A stretch of 64,000 nt of DNA, taken from positions 286,936,001-287,000,000 of the forward strand of contig OZ024742.1 in NCBI GenBank assembly GCA_964016885.1. Direction: 5' to 3'. The position numbers and the translations under genes were made by a program. Source of the DNA: Eledone cirrhosa. Its lineage: Eukaryota. Positions within the stretch are counted from its first letter, which is position 1. Each line of letters opens with the position of its first letter. The notes beneath the pieces were generated by a model. That model had not been told where the DNA came from and did no database searches. It worked only from the letters and a program-made list of their open reading frames with translations. Positions 54,368 to 64,000 of the stretch are shown one piece after another.

Positions 54368-54984
54368 ATCATCATCATCATTTTACGTCCACTTTTCCCT
54401 GATTGCAAGGGTGGGACGGGAACTGATTCTGGCTTGATTTCTACAGCTGGATGCCCTTCCTAACACCAACCTGATTTACAGTGAGTGCTGGGTGATTTTT
54501 TGCTGTGGCACATCCACGACCACTTTACAGTGGAATGATAGGGACCTATCATTTCTACAGGTGAGTAAACTGGAGCAATGTGAAGTAAAGTGTCTTGCTC
54601 AAGGAAACAACACATCACCCAGTCTGAGAATTGAACTCACAACCTTTTGATTGCAAGCCCAATGCTCTAACCACTAAACCATGTACCTTCATATATATAT
54701 ATATATATATATATGAGTTCAATTCTCAGACTGGGTGATGTGTTGTTTCCTTGAGCAAGACACTTTACTTCACATTGCTCCAGTTTACTCAGCTGTAGAA
54801 ATGATAGGTCCCTATCATTCCACTGTAAAGTGGTCGTGGAGGTGCCACAGCAAAAAATCACCCAGCACTCACTGTAAATCAGGTTGGTGTTAGGAAGGGC
54901 ATCCAGCTGTAGAAATCAAGCCAGAATCAGTTCCCGTCCCACCTTTGCAATCAGGGAAAAGTGGATGTAAAATGATGATGATGA
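54368..54984. mobile_element. Inverted pair of SINE copies with RTE-like 3' tail
   Basis: 54368-54640 is the reverse complement of 54714-54984. tRNA-like head at 54625-54685. (GAT)n tails. Confidence 0.75.
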
Positions 54985-55405
54985 TATATATATACATATA
55001 TATATACATATACATATATACATATACATATATATACATATATATGTACATATATATATACATATATATATATATACATATATATATACATATATATATA
55101 TACATATATATATACATATATATATATACATATATATATATACATATATGTATATATACATATATACATATATATATACATATATGTATATATACATATA
55201 TACATATATATATACATATATATATATATACATATATATATACATATATATATATATATACATATATATATACATATATATATACATATATATATACATA
55301 TATATATACATATATATATACATATATATATACATATATATATACATATACATATATATATATACATATATATATATACATATACATATATATATACATA
55401 TATAC

Positions 55406-55456
<51 letters not shown>

Positions 55457-55535
55457 CATATATATATACATATATATATATATATACATATATATATACA
55501 TATATATATACATATATACATATATATATATATAC

Positions 55536-55568
<33 letters not shown>

Positions 55569-55576
55569 CATATATA
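54985..55576. repeat. Long (TA)n/TACATA microsatellite, representative of dozens of (TA)n, (CA)n, (GA)n and (GATA)n tracts in the window
   Basis: Direct reading of the sequence. Confidence 0.95.
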
Positions 55577-57070
55577 TCTGTTAGAACACGAAAAGTGTGA
55601 AACAACAGAATGTTCACTTTTCGTGTTCTAACATATATGCCTAACATCTTCATAAATTTTCCCGGGATAGCGGTGGTGGTGGTGATCGTATGTCATTGGC
55701 TAATTTTCAACCAATCAGAGTAAGTGTTGATATATATATATATATATATATACTATTCCCCCTCTCTCTATATATATCTTACGCTTTACACTCCTCCCCT
55801 TCAATAACACATTTCCCCCTCTCTATATATCTCTTCCACTGTTACTTACGCCTGTTTCTCTCTATCTGTTCCGTCTCTATATATATCTCTCTTACTCTTT
55901 CGCTTTGCACTCCTCCCCTTCAATACCATCTCTCCCCCTCTCTATATATTTGTTACTCTATCGCTGCACGCTCCTCTCCTTCAATATATCAATTACACAC
56001 GCTTTACACTCCTTTATCCCCAGCGCCCCTATATATACACCCCCCCTCCCGCATCTATATTTTAATGTTCCGTTGCACCGTGAATATATGTGTCTATATA
56101 TATATACATATATATTGTATATACACATTCATGTATGTGTATACACACTCATGTATGTATATACACTGGTTTTATGTGTGTATTGTAAATTTGTACTGTT
56201 AAAACACGAAACTAACATTCGATTGACACTTTGATTACCTGTACAGGCAATAGTTATTAGAATGCTGTTGAAGTGTGTATATATTTTTGGGGGACATCCT
56301 GTATATACACACATTATATATAATACAATAAACAGATAAATACACACATATATATATGAGCTTATTTAATTATAAATATTGTGAATTTTTAACTCAGTTC
56401 AATTATATATATAAATGGCTTCTACGGGATTAGAACTGTTTCATTCGAAAGAGATCATCATAATATTGAGAGGGGGGACTAGATAAAATATTTCAAATCA
56501 AATGTGTATAAGTTATAAGTTAAAATGTATAAATAGAGACGATAGTGGAGGTATATCTGTTTAGTGGAACAGTAGACGATAGAATTAAATACAGACGAGA
56601 ATCTCCCTTTAATGAAACAGCAGACGATAGAATTAAGGCAATTTAAATTTTAAGCATTTGCATTTCATCGTTACGGGGTCGATAAAATAAAGTACCAGTA
56701 ATACACTGTCACTATAAGTAGACGACTTTCAAATTGAATTGTTGGTTCCATTTCTTTAGTATTTTCAATTGTAGTTATCTACTTAAAAAGCGTTACACGG
56801 TTAGAGACATAATTAGTAAGTTATATCTTCCCTATTAAACCATTGCATTATTTCGCCTACAATAGAACAAAAATGAAATGTTCTTTAAAGAAACAGGAAT
56901 ATAACTTTATAAAAAAAAAAGTTGCATCCGCTTCTTTTATCATTGATAATTTTTTCGTTTTAATATTAATTGTTTTTTGTAGTTGTTTATATTAAAAATC
57001 TTACTGTAATATTTACTTAAACGAAGGCAGACATCTAAACTTATAGATTAATCTTGAGCGAAGGACTAGA

Positions 57071-57160
<90 letters not shown>

Positions 57161-58329
57161 AACGAAGAATGATAACATTTCAAGCAAAGAGTTTAATTAG
57201 GTAATGACTTACAAATTTGTTTCAGTATATATTTAATATAATATTAATATATTTTGTAATATTATTAACTAATTATTATAATTAGCGCTTCAGGCTTTGT
57301 CTATATACTGAAACAAATTTGTAAGTCATTACCTAATTAAACTCTTTGCTTGAAATTTTATCACTCTTCGTTTTGAATTTCTCCTAAGTATTCAATACTC
57401 TGTTGAGAAATACATTTTACATAAACAGTCTTTGTACCATTTATACGGTATTAATTACTTATATTTATATATATATATATATAGCGTATGATTAGAACTG
57501 TGTTTATTATTAATATTTTAATGGATTTAATGAAAAATTTTAGGTGTTCATATATATATTCTAAAAATGCGCGCAATCGTGAATCCGCGATAGTTGAACC
57601 GCCAAGTAGCGAGGTATCACTGTATATATGTTTAAATATATAGTGTAGCTGTGATGTATCTCGCGAGTGAATCGAGACCTGTCACTGATTTTGGTGTCCC
57701 CACTGCCGATGTGAATGAGCAACGCTGCACTTGTGAATTGGGTCTTGATGTTGCAGGCAGTTCATATACTTACAATGATGCGGTCCCACAAGCTTGTTCA
57801 CATTCCTGTGCTAATAATCTAGATGGGCGTATTAAATTGGATATGAAAGCAGCTTACCGGATGCGGAATCGGGAGAAGTTGAGACAAAAACAGGCCGATT
57901 ATAGAGCTGTGAATTTTGCTAAATTAACACAAAAACAGGCCAAGTATAGATGTTCAAAACGGTATGAGTTGGCAAACAAGCAGGCCAAGTATAGATCTGC
58001 AAATTCAGCTATTATATCTCAAAAGCAAGCCGAGCGTAGAGCTTCTAAACGTACCGAGTTGGCTAAAGAGCAGACCAAGTACAGATCTGCAAATATCTTA
58101 TTGCACAAACAATAATTCTGCACAAATGTTGCTCCATTATTAGATCTAATGTTGCAACGATACAGTTAAATGTTGTCTGTGTATTTTAAAAAAGATTTGC
58201 TTATAATCTTTTCAAATTTCATTTACGCCAATGATTCAAGCTCAAATTGACATTATCTAAAAAAATTGTACAAACAGCGGTGGATTAGCAGTAGTGAACA
58301 GATAAATCAGTCAATTTATTAAGATTGAC

Positions 58330-58980
58330 TTGGCATCAATCAGCAAGACCTTCATTAGCTGCCCTCCAGCCATCTATTTAAAGCTGTATACATCTATGGT
58401 ACGAATACACTTGGAGTTCGCGTCATCAGTCTGGAACCCCTATCTTGCTCAGAACATTGACCTCCTGGAAACTGTTCAGAGACATGCAACCAAGCGCATA
58501 CCCTCCATCAGACACCTACCATACCCTGAATATTTTGCTTCCCTCTGGCAATGGACTTGGTAAACACCCACAAAGTTATTAACCATCCGACCAACAACAA
58601 CCCCGAACACCTTTTTGATCTCCATGTGTCTAACATGTGGACATGCCTACAAAGTCAGAAAACAACACAGCTCCCATGACTTTAGGAAATATTTCTTCAT
58701 GCTCAGAGTTGCTGAAGGATGGAACAAACTTCCTGCATCAGTTGTTAGCTGATGACACACTGCATCCTTTAAAACCATCATACATTCCGAAATACACCAA
58801 AACTACACCTGATGTCCCCCTTCCATACACATGCACATATGTGTATATCATGACTCATGCACTGTTCTTTTTTCATGACGTTTTTATATTACCCTATGTA
58901 TTATATATGCACTTTTGATGAGTTGTAGTGCACCTCAGCATTGTACACAATATTTTCATTATTATTATCATTATTATTAT
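58330..58980 (+). mobile_element. 3' fragment of a CR1/L2-group LINE
   Basis: LYTSMVRIHLEFASSVWNPYLAQNIDLLETVQRHATKRIP followed by an (ATT)n tail. Confidence 0.8.
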
Positions 58981-60791
58981 TACACTCATTGATCCATTTT
59001 GTACTAACTCTGCATCAAGCACCCTCACCTAAATATTAACCAATCAAGGATCCAATACAGCTATCTGTTGGATGAGTATTGTATAGTGCCAAAAACGAAA
59101 CCAATCAGTTTAGCAGAAAGTTTCCAGACAAGAAACACGCATATTTTGCTATCCTCAAACACGTTTACACATGGCATGAAATATAACTAATCCGAGATGG
59201 CTAGGTTTCATCTTCTAACTGGATATACGAAATCCATTATGTCTTGACAACAACATGAGGTAACATTATGTTATTCACAGACACACTTTGTACACTGTTC
59301 CATATCAGAATGTATTTCCTTCGTCACATTCACAAACAGTATTGAAAATATGTTCTTCGGCAAATAAAAATGTTTTGTTCATAATATTTCAACTAGCGAT
59401 TGCTCTACTCCACGCACGACCACCATAAATTAATGACCAGCTCAACACAAGTATTGGTAGAGCGTCAGACACCATGCTTTGCAGTATTGTTATGGTCCTT
59501 TGCATTCTAAGTTCAAATCCTGCCGAGGTTAACTTCGACTTTCATACTTACTAATTCGATAAAATAAAGTACCAGTAATGCACTGCCGTAATGGATTTGT
59601 GCCGAAAAATAGAAACACTATTAATGTGCAATAAGAGCAAAATATAACGACATTGCTCAATTATTTTATCTAATGTTGTAATAACACAAGGAAATGTTGT
59701 TTGTGTATTTTTTTTTATATTTGCTCATAGGCTTTTACAATTTCGCTCAGCCAACAACTATTAAAAAGTGAGTTGCTTAAGATAACAATTTAATCACAAA
59801 TTGTTGCTATCTTTTAATACACTCCAACAAGTCATCAAATTATGTATAATAAAAACAAATCTTATTAATTTGCTCAGGGAATATAAAGAAAATGTATATA
59901 CACTGATAATTGCAATTGTATGTAAATATTTTGTTTTTGTATTGTTTATTTTATGTTTTCTATTATGTATAATATATTGATTTAATATTGATTGTTTTTT
60001 GTAGTTGTTTATATTAAAAGTCTGAAAATATTTTTATACATCTTACACTAATATTTATAAGATAATTTATAATAACAATTACATAATCTAATTACATTAC
60101 AACGATAATTTATTATTAATATATATCCTGTTTAACTAGAGTTATTACAAGCGTTGCCTTAAAAAAATATTAAACTAGACATGAAAAATGCGCAAGCTCA
60201 AAAGTGCCACAGAATGTTATAATAAACCTTCAAAAGTGTGGGACTAGAGTTGTTGCTAAAAAATATTGTAATCATTATATATCGTACATTCTGTGGCATC
60301 CTTTATAAAAATAGCTTAAACCAACGAAGCCTTTATTTTTACGCTATTTCACTTAGTTAATTCTTAGAGTGTAACATATAAAAATAAATACATCTATGTT
60401 TAATGTAATAACAGCTATAAATAATTACGTAATATTATTATCATATACTCATAGTAACAAAATAATTGTGTTGAAAATTAATATGATGCTTATATGAACG
60501 ATCAAATCTATAATGATAATTTCTTAAATATACTAATAGTAAAATAATTTAGTTATCTATTGTTACATTTTCATAGAACTATAATATTAACAATCGTATT
60601 GCATTATCAAATTTTTATCACTACAAACTTTCATATTGGAATTACCTTAAGCCACTTATTATTACTTCGCTTTCGTAATTTTACAGCTGTAGATATTGCG
60701 CTGTATCTTATATCTAATATCAATATCTCATGGTAATTTGCATGCAGTGTAAAATAGGTTTATTAATAACTTTAATATGAAATGTATTATA

Positions 60792-60879
60792 CAGGGCTGC
60801 GGAGTCGGCCAAAAATTGACTGGCTCCAACTCAGGATCCGATACTCCATTATTTCCTAAATTTCAGCTCCGCAGCTCTG
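60792..60879. mobile_element. Small hAT-type MITE
   Basis: TIRs cagggctgcggag / ctccgcagctctg. 8-bp TSD gtattata / ttattata. Confidence 0.65.
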
Positions 60880-61142
60880 TTATTATATTAATTAATTTAT
60901 TTTATAGTTGTAAATCATATTTTTATATGTTACACTCTAAGAATTAACTAAGTGAAATAGCGTAAAAATAAAGGCTTCGTTGGTTTAAGCTATTTTTATA
61001 AAGGATGCCACAGAATGTACGATATATAATGATTACAATATTTTTTAGCAACAACTCTAGTCCCACACTTTTGAAGGTTTATTATAACATTCTGTGGCAC
61101 TTTTGAGCTTGCGCATTTTTCATGTCTAGTATATATATATAC

Positions 61143-61173
<31 letters not shown>

Positions 61174-61174
61174 C

Positions 61175-61227
<53 letters not shown>

Positions 61228-61350
61228 CATATATATATATATACATATATATATACATATATATATACATATATACATATATATATATATACATATATAC
61301 ATATATATATATATATACATATATATATACATATACATATATATATACAT

Positions 61351-63578
61351 ATCATCATCACCGTTTTACGTCCGTTCTTCCACGCTAGCATGGGTTAGAC
61401 GGGTTGTCCTGTTGTGGGCAGTGTCTGGTCGGCTGACCATGCCTTGCTCATACAGGAACTGATCTGGCTTGATTTCTACAGCTGGATGCCCTTCCTAACA
61501 CCAACCTCATTTACAGTGAGTGCTGGGTGCTTTTTCGTGGCGCCTACACGTCCACTTTACAGTGTGGGCTGGGTGCTTTTTTGCCGTGGCACCTTCCCGA
61601 CCACCTTGCGGTGGCAGGTGTGGCGGCATATTGTCTATATGCTTCAGCTTGTACCCATGGGAGGTCGGGTACTCTGTATTACTGCGTGACGCCAGAAGTC
61701 ACGGTCGTGTGTCATTGCCTTTGAGAGGTGTAATTGGGTAAGGTCGGCTTTTATCACCTCATCCCAAGTCATCTTGGGTCTCCCCATTCCGCGGTTTCCA
61801 TCAACTTCTAGTGCTCTGCACCTTTTTATGCAGCTGTCATCCTTCATACGCATCACATGTCCATACCAGCGTAACCGCCTCTCCTGCACGCAGCATTTGA
61901 TTCCTCTTATGCTCAGTCTCTCTCTCAATTCCTTTATGCTTTGTCGTTCACGTATATTACTGTTACACATCCATCGGAGCATGCAGGCTTCGTTTCTCTC
62001 TAATCTACGTAAGTCTTCCACCTTCAGCGCCCAGGTCTCACTACCATGCAACATCGCTGTTCGGATACACGCATCATACAGTCTGCCTTTCATTCTGAGG
62101 GAGAAGCCTTTTGCAGCTAGCAGTGGTAGTAGTTCCCTAAACTTCTTCCATCCCGTTCTTACCCTAGTTATTGTACTTTCTGAGCACCCACCTCCGTTGC
62201 TAATTCGGTCACCTAGGTAGCAGAAGCTGTCTACTGTTTCTACAGGGCCCTCCCAGAGATTGGTGGTACTTGTTTCCTGTGGCTGTTTGCTTGCTGTTTC
62301 AGCACAGCTGCTGCATGTGAATCCTACATTCTTAATTAAGCTTCCTGAGATCCCGCTACATCTCTTGTGTACCCATTGTTTGCATTTGGGGCAGAGAATG
62401 GAGTTTCTACCTACACCTTTCCTACATACTGAGCAAGGCCATTTCCCTGAGGGGATCTGGGTTCTGTTTTCTCGTCTACTTACAAGGACCTTAGTCTTTG
62501 TCATGTTGACTTTGAGGCCCTTTCTCTCTAGTCCCTGCTTCCAGGTTTGGAATTTATTCTCTAGTTCTACCATAGATTCAGCTATGAGTGCGAGGTCATC
62601 AGCATACAGGAGTTCCCATGGGCATCTGGTCTTAAACTCCTCCGTTATTGCCTGCAGGACTATGATGAACAGGAGAGGGCTAAGAACAGAGCCCTGGTGG
62701 ACCCCAACCTGTACGCTAAATTCCTCGCTATACTCATTGCCAATCCTAACTTTGCTGACTGCTCCCCTATACATGGCTTGTACCGCTTTCACAAGCCATT
62801 CATCTACTCCTAGTTTTCTAAGAGCCCACCAGATTACTGCACGTGGAACTCTGTCAAAGGCTTTCTCAAGGTCGACAAATGCCAAGTAGAGTGGCTTACT
62901 TTTAGCTAGGTACTTTTCCTGTAATTGCCTCACAAGGAAGAGGGCATCAGTGGTGCCTTTCCCTAGTACAAACCCAAATTGCATCTCGTCTATATTCACC
63001 CGGTCCCTAATCAGCTGTGCTATAACTCTTTCTGTTACTTTCATGACCTGGTCCATCAACTTTATACCTCTATAGTTTCCTCTATCTAGTGCATCGCCTT
63101 TACCTTTGTAGCAGTTGACAATGATGCTACTGCACCAATCTTTTGGTATGGCCCCCTCTAGTATTACCTGGTTAACGATACGTGTGGTTATAGTGTGACC
63201 TACAGACCCAGATGCCTTCAGCATCTCGGCAGCTATACCCGATGGACCGGTTGCCTTCCCTATCTTCATATCTCTGATTGCCTTACTTACTACGCTGCCG
63301 CTGACTTGTACTGCTGGTCCCTCTATAGGGTCTACGTGGGGTAGGGTCTCTTCTTCCCATGCATTCTCCTCATTTAGTAATCTATCATAATGACTCTTCC
63401 ATGCATCTTTCTTCTCAGCACTTGTGAGGGCAAGCTCACCTTTATCATTCCGGATACACTTCTCTCCAATGACATCACAACTATCTCTGACACACTGCCT
63501 CGCAATCTTGAATACCTCCTGTTTCTGGTCCTCACGTTGTAAAACATGCTTGAATTTTCTATCCTCTGCTTCCCTCCT
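61351..63578 (-). mobile_element. 5'-truncated RTE LINE with uninterrupted RT and Cys-rich finger ORF (61644-63577)
   Basis: [26 protein letters not shown] and WPCSVC...[12 protein letters not shown] motifs. (GAT)n tail. Same family as 44478-46234. Confidence 0.95.
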
Positions 63579-63588
63579 ATATATATAC

Positions 63589-63652
<64 letters not shown>

Positions 63653-63707
63653 ATATATATACATGTATATACATATACATATATATATATATATACATGT
63701 ATATACA

Positions 63708-63743
<36 letters not shown>

Positions 63744-64000
63744 CATGTATATACATATATATATACATATATATACATATATATATATACATATATATAT
63801 ATACATATATATGTACATATATATATGTACATATATATATGTACATATATATATATATACATATATATGTACATATATATATGTACATATATATATATAT
63901 ACATATATATGTACATATATATATATGTACATATATATATATATACATATATATGTACATATATATATATGTACATATATATATATATACATATATATGT

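Overview
AT-rich, microsatellite-saturated eukaryotic (animal) DNA. The SINE and repeat landscape resembles a cephalopod (octopus) genome; this is recognition from memory, not a database result. Most ORFs in the supplied track are (TA)n/(CA)n artefacts. The only host gene I can support is the last two exons of an SLC17/sialin-like MFS transporter on the minus strand (53257-53371, 52276-52431). The rest is mobile DNA: three Penelope-like elements (one Neptune-like, two probably Naiad-like), two RTE LINEs, CR1/L2-group LINEs, a CRE-type fragment, tRNA-derived SINEs, MITEs and several minisatellites. The main observation is a dense set of type I hammerhead ribozymes (HHRs), read by eye, in at least eight sequence-unrelated families, almost all in islands inserted in (TA)n tracts and often carrying an inverted end. 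The best example is a near-identical 591-bp tandem array (19787-22541) with one HHR per unit, carrying a compensatory U3-A8 core. It looks like a retrozyme (circular RNA) mobilised by Penelope-like elements. Ribozyme activity and novelty are untested.
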